A stretch of 61,544 bases of DNA from Nemertoderma westbladi. Taxonomy: Eukaryota > Animalia > Xenacoelomorpha. A program made the position numbers and the translations under genes. Shown one piece after another: positions 1 to 11,908 of the stretch (positions are counted from its first letter, which is position 1; every line of letters begins with the position of its first letter). The notes under the pieces were generated by a model. The model ran no database searches. It was not told the DNA's origin and worked only from the letters and a program-made list of their open reading frames with translations. The stretch covers positions 1 through 61,544 of the forward strand of contig JAUCBJ010003798.1 in the NCBI GenBank assembly GCA_032718475.1. Direction: 5' to 3'.

Positions 1-1
1 G

Positions 2-1054
2 TATGTTATCATCGACTCCATTGCGTCTCCAACTGGATATGACGATGATGACGTTCCATGGAATTATGTAAGAACCCGCAAGCAACATCCAGCTCATACC
101 GGCGATTCCAACTCGGTCCGCAGACCCACCCGCACTGGAACAGGAACACCCAATATTAATACCCCACAACATCGTACCCGGAATCGTTTTGCATGCCTTG
201 ATGCTGATGAGCCAACACCTAACAGTGATACTAACCTGAAACCACCAGGCTTTCTGCACGCTTCAACAGTAAATCAACCCATCCTTGCCTCCTACCCTCA
301 ACAGAATTTCAAAGTCAAGGACAGGCAGGCTGATAGAGCTTATACCCGAAACAATAACATCGCATCGCACACACTACATGGTCGCGGTTCACAAACAGCA
401 AACCTTGAATGTTCTCATTCCAAGAAGTTCACTGCCATATATGTGACTGGGATACACCACAGGAACTCGGAAGAAGATGTTGTTAGGTTTTTAGAGGACC
501 AGCACATTGACGTCAACCGCATCACCACACGCATATACAAAGATTCAAAGAACATGAAAGTAGAAGTATGCAAACAGAAACTTGCCACGGTGACCGATGA
601 ACGCTTCTGGCCACACGGGATTTCCTGTAGAGAGTGGAAATACAACTCCCGAGTAGCTCACAAAACCTCAAAAACTTCGCCCGTCAGCAATCCGCACTTT
701 AATGATGACGATATCAACCGAAATCTACCGATAATTTACCAGACAATACACCCACAACGTCGATCAAATATAAAGCTCAACCAACAGTACAATGAACGAC
801 GCGACAACAACTGCTTCCAACAGCAACAGAGCCCCTACCCGGATCAGCCTGCTCGTCGACTGTCAAGGTATTCCTCCTTAGGTGATAAATCTGCAAGTGA
901 TCCCCCTGCCCACCACTGGACCAGGGACTACTCCTCGGACAGGAAACCAACAAGATATACCACACCAAAATATACAGACTCATCCCAGTACCAACAGGCT
1001 TGTGAATGGACTCGTGCCTATCGTACTCCTGCCCCTCATAGACAGTACCTTTAA
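2..1054 (+). CDS. LINE ORF1, 5'-partial (frame open from window start)
   Basis: Frame open from base 2 to TAA at 1052-1054. It contains NRFACL and an RRM-like block (IYVTGI...EEDVVRFL...KVEV...FWPHGISCREW) typical of CR1/L2-group ORF1, and lies directly upstream of an EN-RT ORF. Confidence 0.75.
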   Translation, partial: YVIIDSIASPTGYDDDDVPWNYVRTRKQHPAHTGDSNSVRRPTRTGTGTPNINTPQHRTRNRFACLDADEPTPNSDTNLKPPGFLHASTVNQPILASYPQQNFKVKDRQADRAYTRNNNIASHTLHGRGSQTANLECSHSKKFTAIYVTGIHHRNSEEDVVRFLEDQHIDVNRITTRIYKDSKNMKVEVCKQKLATVTDERFWPHGISCREWKYNSRVAHKTSKTSPVSNPHFNDDDINRNLPIIYQTIHPQRRSNIKLNQQYNERRDNNCFQQQQSPYPDQPARRLSRYSSLGDKSASDPPAHHWTRDYSSDRKPTRYTTPKYTDSSQYQQACEWTRAYRTPAPHRQYL

Positions 1055-4000
1055 CGCAAAAGATACTTCAGTAGAGGAACAGAAAGTGAGGATTGATGAT
1101 AAACGTGCGCATATAACTGTTGACCATCCTACTGTAAGTGGAGCTTCAACATTTACGGTAGGAACCTTCAATACCCGTGGGTTCTGCAGCAACTCTGATT
1201 ACATCTGTAGATTACTGAACACGTGCGACTTTTTAGGAATTCAGGAGCATTGGCTAGATCGTCTAGAAAGTGAAGTTCTTTTGGACAGTCTCGATAGCAG
1301 ATTCTACTGTGAACACACCCCTGGTTTGGCCATGTGTAATCCAGACAGAATACGCGGCTCAGGTGGAGTTGCATTGTTTATACGTAAGGATTGTGTATCA
1401 GAACATTCCCCCATTGAATCTGACGGTGATATTGTAGGATCTAAAATCACACTAGTGGAATCAGATAACAAATTTCTCATTCTAAGCTGCTATGCCCCAG
1501 ACAGTGGAAAAAGTAGTGCTGAATACCTCAACTTTCTCGGCAGATTAGAGGCAATCATTGAAGCCCACTGTGACGCAGAACCTATCCTCCTCATAGACGC
1601 AAATGCCGACTTGGGACCCCTTCAGGGTCCTCGTTCGTCACGCCAATCTCCCACATCTAGGGGTAAAACTTTCTGCTCATTCCTTGAAACTAATGCCTTG
1701 TTAGCATCTGACACTAATCCTCCATTCAGTGGACCATGCGTAACTTTCCACGGTAATGGAGAGTCCTACATTGATCATATCGTTACAAACAGCTCACTCT
1801 CCCCCATCAATGGTGCTGTCTATGAACGTGATCCCCCAACCAATTTATCTGATCATGTACCGGTTGTGTGCAGTTTCATCTGTCCTCTCGGTAGCCCGAA
1901 AAAAGACAATTGCCCAGGACACCAAAGGAAAATGAAACCTAGGATATGCTGGGAACGAGCAACTGAGAGCGACCTGAATAGATACAAGGAAGACGTGGAA
2001 CTCAACACTAACAACCTCCTATGCAGTGTTAACAATCCAAATCTGTTAACGTTAGACCAACTCAACGACATCACGAGTAAGTTACAAGACATTATTACTT
2101 CCGCAGCTGAACTACATCTCCCCAAAATAAAGATCCGCAAGCGATCCCACAACCTACGGATTAGGTCAATGCTGCTTACACAGCGTATCAGACTGACAAA
2201 GGACCTATACACTATGTGGCAGCAGCGAGGTAAAACACAAGATGATCCTATTCATAATGAGTTCAAGGAATCGAAACGTAACACACGGCGTCTGAAAAAC
2301 TGGTTGTCCAAGAATGTTGTTGCCAATAAAGCAAACAGCTGGGCGTATTCCCGTAACAACCAACACACATTTTGGAAACGGTTCAAACCCAGCAGCAAGA
2401 ACACAATCCCACTGTCCATGCAAACCAAGCTCCGACAACATTACACAAAGAAGTTCACCACTCCCTGCAACTATACCACTCCCTGCAACTATGAACAGAA
2501 TATGGAACAATTGTCATCGCGCTTATACAACCAGTCCAGTGGGTCTGTATCACCGTCAATCTCACCCCTTACAGTGAGACGAGCGATTGCATCACTCTCT
2601 ACAAGCAAATCACCTGATTACGCATCTATACAAGTAGAACATATTCTGCATGTCAACCCTGACGCCATCTGCCCTCTCATTACCATTATCATCAACTCGT
2701 GCTTTCGATTACACAAGGTCCCCACTGACTTCGGTAAGACGATTGTCGCAAGTGTGTACAAGGGAAAACGGCGTAGCCACGCCGATCCAAACTCGTATCG
2801 GCCTGTGTCCATAATTTGTCTTTTAGCAAAAGTGTTCGAACAAATTGTAATTTCTGAACTCATCGACACAGACTGTAAACAACATCCCAATCAGGTCGCC
2901 TACCAGAAGAAAATCGGGACGGACCTGGTGATTGGAACAGTCCTAGAATGTCTGCAACACTACAAGAGTAGCGGCTCACCTGTGTATGTGCTACAACTCG
3001 ATCTAGCATCAGCATTCGACAATGTCGATCACTCACTTCTTTTTAATAAACTTGAAAAAATCCTGAACCCTCACATACTGATGACGCTCATGCACTATTA
3101 CTCCATCAGCGAAGTCTACCTGAAGTTCGGCACCTTTATTGACTCAGATAGCGAATGTATCAGAGTACTCAGGGGGGTTAAACAGGGGTCACTACTATCT
3201 GGTTGGTTCTTCAACTTTTACACATCCTCCATTGTCGGATCGCTTCAAGCTGCTAATTTAGGCTGTAAGATAAATGATGTTTGGTTGGGAGCTCTAGCAT
3301 ACGCCGACGACTTCCTAATTTTGAGCACTTCGTTTAAGGACATACAACGAATGGCGGCTATCGTGACCGACCAGTGTGCACAACTTAACCTAGAGATTGA
3401 ACACAGTAAATCTAAATGGATGTGTTGGGGAAGAACACACTTAACTAAGACTGAGAGATACCCCCTTGTCAATGCTGGGAACACGATAACCGAATCAAAC
3501 ACTCTAACCTTCCTTGGGTTCAAAATATCTAACCGAAAAACTGCGTACACAGACTGCGTGAAATCCATCGCATCCATGTCCCACTTTTTTCATAACAACG
3601 GCTGGACCACTAGATGGTTGAACGTGGAGACAACCTTTAAACTATGGAAGTCTGTAGCGTTACCTTCTATAATATATAGCACGCGATTCAATATCGGTGC
3701 ATTATCCTCATCTGAAATTGATAGCCTTGACTCCTACTACCGCAAATCACTAAGAGGGCTCATTCACACAGGCTCCTACGTTTCTAACTGCGTCCTCTAT
3801 ACACTTACTGGATGCAAACCAATCTCAGTCATGGCTTTTAAGGAATGCACTGCAATGGCTCTCCGATACGCCACATGTCCCAGTGTCACTCTGCAAGGAT
3901 CCTTCCGTGCCTTGTCGAACCTGAATCATAAGAAACAATTTTGTGGGGTTTCCAGTGGATACAATAAGGCTAAACACGAATTTCAACTCCCAAGACTATA

Positions 4001-4175
4001 CTCCCTGCTCACATACAAATATTCCACACCCAACATCTTAACGAGGATCGACATAGGACCACCCCCACGAGCTGATATACTCACGGCGCAATTTCTCCGT
4101 GACTGCTACGCATTGAAAAACACCTCATTTGCTGCTAAAAAACGAAGGATCCTACAGTTCTTTGGAATTAACTGA
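882..4175 (+). CDS. LINE ORF2: APE endonuclease + reverse transcriptase (CR1/L2/Daphne group)
   Basis: APE motifs TFNTRG, GIQEHW, GGVALF, DANA, SYIDHI, SDHVPV. RT motifs YRPVSI, LDLASAFD, GVKQGSLLS, AYADD, FLG. 1097 codons with no internal stop. Confidence 0.93.
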   Translation: MINLQVIPLPTTGPGTTPRTGNQQDIPHQNIQTHPSTNRLVNGLVPIVLLPLIDSTFNAKDTSVEEQKVRIDDKRAHITVDHPTVSGASTFTVGTFNTRGFCSNSDYICRLLNTCDFLGIQEHWLDRLESEVLLDSLDSRFYCEHTPGLAMCNPDRIRGSGGVALFIRKDCVSEHSPIESDGDIVGSKITLVESDNKFLILSCYAPDSGKSSAEYLNFLGRLEAIIEAHCDAEPILLIDANADLGPLQGPRSSRQSPTSRGKTFCSFLETNALLASDTNPPFSGPCVTFHGNGESYIDHIVTNSSLSPINGAVYERDPPTNLSDHVPVVCSFICPLGSPKKDNCPGHQRKMKPRICWERATESDLNRYKEDVELNTNNLLCSVNNPNLLTLDQLNDITSKLQDIITSAAELHLPKIKIRKRSHNLRIRSMLLTQRIRLTKDLYTMWQQRGKTQDDPIHNEFKESKRNTRRLKNWLSKNVVANKANSWAYSRNNQHTFWKRFKPSSKNTIPLSMQTKLRQHYTKKFTTPCNYTTPCNYEQNMEQLSSRLYNQSSGSVSPSISPLTVRRAIASLSTSKSPDYASIQVEHILHVNPDAICPLITIIINSCFRLHKVPTDFGKTIVASVYKGKRRSHADPNSYRPVSIICLLAKVFEQIVISELIDTDCKQHPNQVAYQKKIGTDLVIGTVLECLQHYKSSGSPVYVLQLDLASAFDNVDHSLLFNKLEKILNPHILMTLMHYYSISEVYLKFGTFIDSDSECIRVLRGVKQGSLLSGWFFNFYTSSIVGSLQAANLGCKINDVWLGALAYADDFLILSTSFKDIQRMAAIVTDQCAQLNLEIEHSKSKWMCWGRTHLTKTERYPLVNAGNTITESNTLTFLGFKISNRKTAYTDCVKSIASMSHFFHNNGWTTRWLNVETTFKLWKSVALPSIIYSTRFNIGALSSSEIDSLDSYYRKSLRGLIHTGSYVSNCVLYTLTGCKPISVMAFKECTAMALRYATCPSVTLQGSFRALSNLNHKKQFCGVSSGYNKAKHEFQLPRLYSLLTYKYSTPNILTRIDIGPPPRADILTAQFLRDCYALKNTSFAAKKRRILQFFGIN

Positions 4176-4361
4176 TACCGATCCAACGTACCTCTAGAAT
4201 ACTCGTCCCGTATGACACTCATTAACAGCTGTAAAAGTACGTACGAATGTTGACTTATGGCCCACTTATTAACGGGTTGCATGTTGCACCACCCGACGGA
4301 ATCTCGATCGAATACAATTAACCCTGAGTAATAGGATAATATATATATTGACCGACGTCCA

Positions 4362-4535
4362 TTTTGGTGTTATATGTGAAATGTATACTTATTTTTTGAT
4401 GTCTTAATTCTATAGGCTGGACGGTTTGGTGTTATATGTGAAATGTATACTTATTTTTTGATGTCTTAATTCTATAGGCTGGACGGTTTGGTGTTATATG
4501 TGAAATGTATACTTATTTTTATAATGTCTTAATTT
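4362..4535. repeat. ~62-bp tandem triplication
   Basis: tttggtgttatatgtgaaatgtatacttattttttgatgtcttaattctataggctggacgg, about 2.8 copies. Confidence 0.9.
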
Positions 4536-5501
4536 TATTTATTATAAACCGGCTTGACCGGTGTGCCTATTGATGATGATATATAATTGAGATACTTAAC
4601 CAGGAGTGTTCAATGTCCATCCCGTACACTAAACGGAACCTTTATTAAAATTTCATGATTATCCTACTATTATGCTTGTTTTACCAGTACCGTGCCTGCC
4701 TCGTTTTAAAGCTATATATTGTTAATATTTTGCACAATTTTACTCCCATGGGATTAGAGTGCTACTTTGTGAACCGTGGTTTGTAAATGTTTTAATTAGT
4801 ATTTAATTGGTTAATTTAATCGATACTTAAATACTTTGATGGGTTGATTTGTGAGGATTTTTTGCGATTACTACCTGATGAACTTCTACGCATATACTGT
4901 ACAACTCTTACTGAATGGAAGTCGTATTATGTAAACTTACTCTCAGTTTCCATTGACATTATTCATGTCGTACAATTTTAGTGTGTCAGTCAGTTGTATT
5001 GTATAGGATACTATTATTGATATATACTACTGTTCAAATGCGTCATATACCGTTGATATATGCTACTAGTGTTCTCATAACGCATGTCTGTTCATATTTA
5101 AATTTTACCCAATTTTAATCTAATGATAATAAATGCCAGTACAACTGGTTTGCGCTCTTGTTGTTGTTGTTGTTTCTGTATAGTACCGTACACGCCTTCC
5201 ATATTCAAATACAACTTTTTTTTGCACACTAGCCACACCCATTATTTTGTAAATTGTTTTTTTGTAATGTTATTTCAATCTTCACCAGCCTTATTATTGT
5301 ATTTTGTATTTAGTACTGTCTTTCACTAAGTTTCAGGTATTTGTTTTTACTTTGATAATGATTATTGTTAAATAAATCGAAACGTCAGCTGTTTTTTAGT
5401 ATCTTGATTTCTCAAATCATGAAGTTTAAGTTATTTGCGCTTTTTATTGTTGCCTTAAAAGTTAAGTAATAAAAAAATAAAACGTATCTAAAACAGCATA
5501 C

Positions 5502-5722
5502 CTTCATCGAGGGTCTGATCGTCGAGAATAATAAGTTGTTTCGAGTTGAAAATCCATGACGACGCTAGTATCGAACACTGTTGCTGATCGAAAGGGAAGT
5601 ATTGAAGATCAACCGCACATGTTGTAACCAAATGCATTGGATATATCAAATCAACATATCCCTTATGGTTAATAGTTACATAGTCATTGGTGATCTGATG
5701 TGTCCATGCATAGCCACTTACC
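5502..5722 (-). CDS. Cys-loop ligand-gated ion channel (nAChR-like), exon 4 containing the Cys-loop
   Basis: Acceptor ttttctgacAG, donor GTatgc. Translates (R)VSGYAWTHQITNDYVTINHKGYVDLIYPMHLVTTCAVDLQYFPFDQQQCSILASSWIFNSKQLIILDDQTLDE, with the signature C-x13-C and FPFD. Phase matches exon 3. Confidence 0.92.
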
Positions 5723-6105
5723 CTGTCAGAAAATGAAAAACATTGAGAGATTTAAAATAAATAAACATGGTTTAGAAGAAAAATAATTTCCAAAAAAATC
5801 GCAGTGAATTTTCTGCAATGGAAATTAATAATTATTAATAATAATATAAACAATAAGAAATTAATAACTTAATAATCGGAATGTAGGAAATATTATCTCA
5901 TAATATGCCAGAGGTTAAATATTAAATGACTTACATGATGCAAAGAGTCGCGTTAGAATTGTCATGAATAAAAAAAGAGTTGCAAATATTTTGATATAAG
6001 TGTAAAATTATGAGTATGAGTAATATGGCGTCAGTCCATAGCTGTGTAATACGTATCAAAATTATCGCAATACGTAACAGTTCCGAAAGAAAACAAAACA
6101 ATAAT

Positions 6106-6523
6106 ATGGCATACTTTTAGAATTTTTATTCGACATTTTAATTCCTCTTAATATTCTTCTGAATTTAGTCGCGAGATAAATGATTAAACTCGTGAGTTTA
6201 ATAATTTTCTCGCGAGTTTAATCATTTATCTCGCGAGATTAATAATTTTCTCGTGAGTTTAATAATTTTCTAGCGAGTTTAATCATTTATCTCGCGAGTT
6301 TAATAATTTTCTAGCGAGTTTAATCATTTATCTCGCGAGTTTAATAATTTTCTAGCGAGTTTAATCATTTTCTCGCGAGTTTAATCATTTATCCCACGAG
6401 ATTAATTATTTTCTTACGAGTTCTATCATTTATCTCGCGAGTTTAATAATTTTCTCTCCAGTAAATTCAGAAGAATATCAGGGGGAATTAAAATGTCGAA
6501 TAAACATACTAAAAGTATGCCAT
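6106..6523. mobile_element. MITE with ~60-bp terminal inverted repeats and an internal 22-bp tandem array
   Basis: atggcatacttttag...ttctgaattta at the left is mirrored by taaattcagaag...aaaagtatgccat at the right. The interior consists of tctcgcgagtttaatcattta-type units. Confidence 0.8.
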
Positions 6524-7403
6524 GGATAAACGGGTCTATATAAAGCTCAACAAGGAAACTCCAGTTGGTGAGGAATCCCTGCTAATATTATCAACAATTA
6601 AAACAATTTACTAGCGTGATGGCCCCTTATCCATCACATATACTGCAAACTAAACTGCCGATAAGTACTGTAAGGGTTGTATAGAGTACTATAATTTGTA
6701 AACAAACAAATAATAATCACAATTTATCCCAGATATTCCCGTTATACAGTAACACATATTCTGTATATTTCTATAGACCGCACCGCTGCCGATGGTAGTA
6801 AAAGGAAGGAAATTATAACGCAATACCAAACCTGGTTATATACACATTGACTACTGGACTGTGAACAATGCTGTAGCTGAAACTTGGTATATAAGCTTAC
6901 TCACCCAAACAAAAGGTCAAAATAAATAAAGATGAAGAGAAATGAATGTTAGTATGCCAATGAGACCCAAACCTAAGCCAAAACGATGAGTGCTGATACC
7001 AATGCACACTCCCACGATATATGTTTAGTACTAACAAGGCTAGATTAGCTGACTACCGGTATTCAGTTACAATAAATTGTAACCTGCCTGTGGTTATTAT
7101 GACGGGGTATCCCGGTTCAATTTGTCCCAAAACCCAAGTACAGGAAAAATAGTTAAATCGGTTCGAATAGGGTTGGAATTCCGAACCGATCACCGGGTGT
7201 CTTTATTCCACCATTTTTAATTTACAAATTTACCAATACAAACAAAACACAATTAGGGTTAATACATATCTGTACAACACCTAAATAAAATTTTGCTATG
7301 GGGTTTTCTCGGTCTGTGATGTCATTTCCTATGTCTGTTTTCACTATTAATGGATTCTAGTATGTCTCTCCGTCAATTCTGTCTGTCTTTTGGTGTGTCT
7401 TTT

Positions 7404-7970
7404 GATGTTGTTGCGTCACCCGGCACTGTACCTAATGTTAATGTACCAAATGTTGTTGCGACACCCGGCACTGTACCTAATGTTAATGTACCAAATGTTA
7501 ATGTTGTTGCGACACCCGCCATTGTACCTAATGTTAATGTATCCAATGTTGTTGCGACACCCGGCATTGTACCTAATGTTAATGTACCCAATGTTGTTGC
7601 GACACCCGGCATTGTACCTAATGTTAATGTACCCAATGTTGTTGCGACACCCGGCACTGTACCTAATGTTAATGTACCCAATGTTGTTGCGACACCCGGC
7701 ATTGTACCTAATGTTAATGTACCCAATGTTGTTGCGACACCCGGCATTGTACCTAATGTTAATGTACCCAATGTTGTTGCGACACCCGGCATTGTACCTA
7801 ATGTTAATGTACCCAATGTTGTTGCGACACCCGGCACTGTACCTAATGTTAATGTACCCAATGTTGTTGCGACACGCGGCATTGTACCTAATGTTAATGT
7901 ACCCAATGTTGATGCGACACCCGGCATTGTATCTAATGTTAATGTACCAAATGTTGTTGCGACACCCGGT
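7404..7970. repeat. 45-bp minisatellite, ~12.5 copies
   Basis: Unit gttgttgcgacacccggcattgtacctaatgttaatgtacccaat. Confidence 0.95.
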
Positions 7971-8113
7971 GTTCGCGCTTTCAGACCTTAGCAGTTTAAC
8001 CTGCCAATTTTAGGTGTCCTCTTGTTTATAAATCGACTTTAGCCTATAACAAGTATTTAGTGCACATAAAGTTACATTAGCCGAAGCCAGTCTATGCGCG
8101 ATCATTCACCCAC

Positions 8114-9074
8114 TGTTAAGGGAGACTGGATTCGGATGCTTTGAAGTGATTGCGGTGCAGACCTACTGTATTATTCGATTGATCGTTACTATATAATCTC
8201 TGACAAATATATTTACTTTCGGGGAAATATTAACAGTTCCTTTAGGACGTGGCGCTTTAAGTATATAAAACAGAGTTATGACTTATACTAAACACAACGA
8301 GATGGCCACTGAGTTTCGTAAATAGCGCATTCTTTAGGAGATGCTTTATTATCTGTCACACTACTTCACACTACTTCACACTGATCTGCCGACCGTCACT
8401 GAATTTGATCATATATAAGGAGGATAGCAACTGACACATGTAGGGATTATGAAATAGCATTTAATTCACCCAAAAACCACTATAATGTAAGTCGCAATTG
8501 CTACAGGTAACTGGTCCCTCTTACCTTCAGTAATCAAGAAGATTGGGGGTTTTATGATTATTTATCGGTATTCTCCAAATATAACAACATATCCATCAAT
8601 ATACTACAATTAATAACAGACAGTAAACAGAAGTAAAATAGTGCGGTGAAAGAAGCACAGTATCGGTAGTGCTGCAGTTTGTCCAGTAGATGAGGTGATC
8701 GGAAGATAAAGATTTACGTTCCTATAATCAAAGCCATCTAATGTTTGGCCAAAGTCTGAAACTTCTACAGAAGCACAGAAGAATTCTAAGCCGGTGTTCT
8801 GAAGCTCAGAAAAGGTAAACAAAGACCGTAATGCATTGCGCGGTTTACATAGGCCCTTGTCCAACATAAAATGAAAATCGCTTTGATTGGCTGAGCAGAA
8901 CAAAGAAAGGTTCCACGTATGCAGTAAATCAGCTGACAGATTTCGTCATCTGAACTACAATATTTTTAGAGTATTAAGCGCATTGCGGCAAAATATGACT
9001 TGTTATGTCCGCTAAAGCACCTACACGGTACATTGTGGAGAAAATGACTTGTTATGTCCGCAAAAGCTTTTACA
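8114..9074 (-). repeat. Putative 3' LTR of BEL/Pao element 1
   Basis: On the minus strand a purine tract (ctgggagcgg) directly precedes TGTAAAAG at 9074. Candidate end CCTTAACA at 8114 is an imperfect terminal IR. TATA-like (~8413) then AATAAA (~8345) occur in the right order. No partner LTR is present to confirm it. Confidence 0.55.
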
Positions 9075-9152
9075 CCGCTCCCAGAAAATGGGATTTAATT
9101 CTATAAAATATAAAAAATCACAGTTTCTAAAATATAAAAATACTCTAAACAG

Positions 9153-10704
9153 TTAGTCCTTCTTACGTGAACGGCGTTTACGAAGTTTTTTGAGGCTAGC
9201 AAGAGTCCTTTTCTCTTTGGGGCGAGCCACTTTACTAGGAGGGCTATAACTCCTGGATGAGGGGTGCAATACAATTGCATCGGAAGGTTTAGGGTTACTG
9301 TCGGTGTATCCGCCGGTCGAGGTACCCGGTTGATCGGTATCAACCTCAGTGGAACGAGGTCGAACAACCTTGAGAGCGCGTTTTAAGACAGCAGCTCTTA
9401 CTGGTCCCTGACGGGTTGTTTGCACGAGAGCGGTAGGTGGACCGTGTGTAGTGAGAAATTTCCTCGGTTTGGTGATTCTTTCCAACTCGCGTTCTCGGGA
9501 TCTATCAGAATCGATATGCTTCTCCTCGAGCTGATTTTCCTCCGCTTGTCGTTGAAAGCATTCGTCCAAAACTCTTGCAGAGAGTAGGGTCGTCCAAGTT
9601 CGATATCTTCTTAGAGATTCTGGATTTCCCGATCGAACTGAGGTAGAGCTAATTCGTTTACCGCTTGGACTTGCTGCTGCAATTTACGTTTCTCTAAACA
9701 ATCTTAAGTTCCTTTTCCGATCTATTGTCGAATAGTGTCTAACACGTTTCATACAACTCTCTCCTCCACCTCGGTGACAGGTTGTATCGGGTTAAACCGG
9801 GACGATTATACGGTTGAACGGCGATATTAGGTGTCCGCGTCCCAATCCGGCTAGGTAAGATGGGCGAATATCTAGGGAGCCCACAACCGGAGTGCCACTG
9901 ACTAATTGTTCGGGTAACACTAGATCTTTGAACAGTGAGTACAGTTCGGGAGGATCTGTCATACTATTAGGATCAAGACACTGAGGTCTCACCAGGGAAC
10001 GGGGATGTCTGACCGAGTATTCCGGAACTCTGATCATCGGTTTATTTAAAGATCGTTTGAGTCGAGCGAGCGTAGGTGATACGTCGAACAAGTTTCGCTC
10101 GAAACTCCCGTAAGTATAGCGAGTAAAACTGTGTTTAGCGCAACATCTCCGTGGATGTTTATGTCTTTCCATTTGTTGGTTGGGTCTAGGGCATTCATCG
10201 TAATAATACCAAAGACGCACGTCTTGTAGGAGAAACGCGGGTGATCTTTCTCCAGTTTTACAATGTTTCTCTCAAGAATTCCAAATATACGTTGAAGTCA
10301 CTGCGTTTATCCGGTTCTTTAAAGTCTTCTCTTTCGAGTTGGTTTCGAAAATAATTTTTGTGTTCGATTCGCAGTTTATCGTTCCGACTCCGCTGGGTAT
10401 GATATTTAAATAGGATCATTTCCCTTTTGGTGTCTACATCGTCCATATCGTGTAAATCGATAGGATGGCCAGTAGTTAAGAAGTCTATATATGCACCATT
10501 ATGATGCGTATAGCGAGCGATGAATTTTCTATAGTCCAATTCACGCGTGAGCTGTTCCTTTGACATTGGCGGTTCGATATAACGGCCATCATCCTCCGTA
10601 GTGGGTGGACTAGCGTCGCCGCGTATTAAACTATCAACAAACGCTTGCAATGGTAGGGTATATCGCTCCCTGATACCAAGATCATCTTCTAACAACTCAG
10701 TCAT
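9153..10704 (-). pseudogene. Decayed accessory ORF (~500 codons) between integrase and 3' LTR; unknown protein
   Basis: Three consecutive same-strand ORF pieces (10258-10704, 9792-10220, 9153-9569) bridged by a coiled-coil-like frame with stops. Starts at an ATG at 10704 and ends in basic KKLRKRRSRKKD. Confidence 0.55.
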
Positions 10705-11527
10705 AGCTGCTATATGAGTTTATCGATATTATAATTACTTATAATTTAGGCTAGCAGTCGTCGCTGCCTCCCCCTCAATGCCCCCGGACAGCGCAAGCTC
10801 CTCAGCGCTGAGGTACTGTCGCCGCTGTGTCTTTCGCCAACGTAGTAGCTACACAATGACAACAACAACAACTGCGAGTCACTCCACTGTCCGTCCCAAG
10901 GGCTTAGAATTACGTCAGGTTCTTGCTACAGAGGTAGGGCAACTTTCACAACTGCGACTCGCTACTGTAAACACACTTTAGTAGTAACATTCACCTATAA
11001 ACACACAAATTCCATACAACTGTCACAAACAGCACACATTCGGGCCATTTCTCCATTAGTCAAGTGCCTTCCAGAATGCCACGTTATTATTATGTATCCC
11101 TGGATACTAGCAGTGTGCTATTTATTCCGTATGCTATTCAATGGGGCAAGCTTTCTATTGCTCTTTTAACTCGCTTCTAATTCTAGCGTGGTTGTTGCTA
11201 TGGTGACATTATGGAAAGCTAGCAGTAGAATTAGGGTAATTCTCATGCATACAGATCTGGGGTGCTATTTAATAGTGATTCTTTAATTGTCAATATTCCC
11301 CTTTATACATGATTTTATGAATTTTATCAGCTATTGACTATATATTGGAGATTCTCGCACACTAATATACTTAATAGGGTGAATCTCTGCTCCCATGATC
11401 TATTAATTAATGGAATTTTGGGAATGTTATAAATTGTATAAAATGACAATTTATCAAATTCATGAGAGGATATGAATTTAAATTTATTCCTGTAAATTTT
11501 ATTATTTAATATTCAAGTATACACAAT

Positions 11528-11908
11528 TTTATTCCAGAGCATGTCTGGGGACTAGGATCCTTAATTCTAGGAAATTTGTCTTTTTAAGAGTATCGGTAAG
11601 TGCTACGATATCTTAATCGACTAGAATTTTAAAGGATCTGAATTTTAACAGATTTTGATTTATAGATTTTCTTGGTTTATAAACTCCTTAGAGTTTATTT
11701 GTCTGCATTTACTCTATTATAACATTTGTTTTAATAGATTTTTATAAATATTAAATATTTAATATTTAAGATGGGCACCGATTTATTCCAGAACATGTCT
11801 GGGGACGTTAACCACTGATTCTAGAATTTTGTCTTTCAAGTATATCGGTGGGTGCCGCGATATCTTAATCGACTAGAATTACAGATGGTCAAAGGGTTTA
11901 ACAGATTT
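11528..11908. repeat. Diverged ~130-bp direct repeat pair (11528-11658, 11782-11908)
   Basis: tttattccaga..catgtctggggac...gatatcttaatcgactagaatt...ttaacagattt occurs twice. Confidence 0.8.

Larger units (their letters stand above)
1..4320 (+). mobile_element. Non-LTR retrotransposon, antisense within an intron of the Cys-loop channel gene
   Basis: ORF1 plus ORF2 layout. The 5' end lies outside the window and the 3' end is approximate. Confidence 0.85.

Noticed and set aside
4874-4935. CTGATGA followed by an acttc/gaagt stem, suggesting a hammerhead
   Set aside because: The required GAAA is missing (GTAT instead) and stems I and III are not convincing.
7350-8013. Repetitive ORFs (VVATPGIVPNVNVPN and other frames)
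   Set aside because: By-products of a 45-bp minisatellite open in several frames inside an intron.
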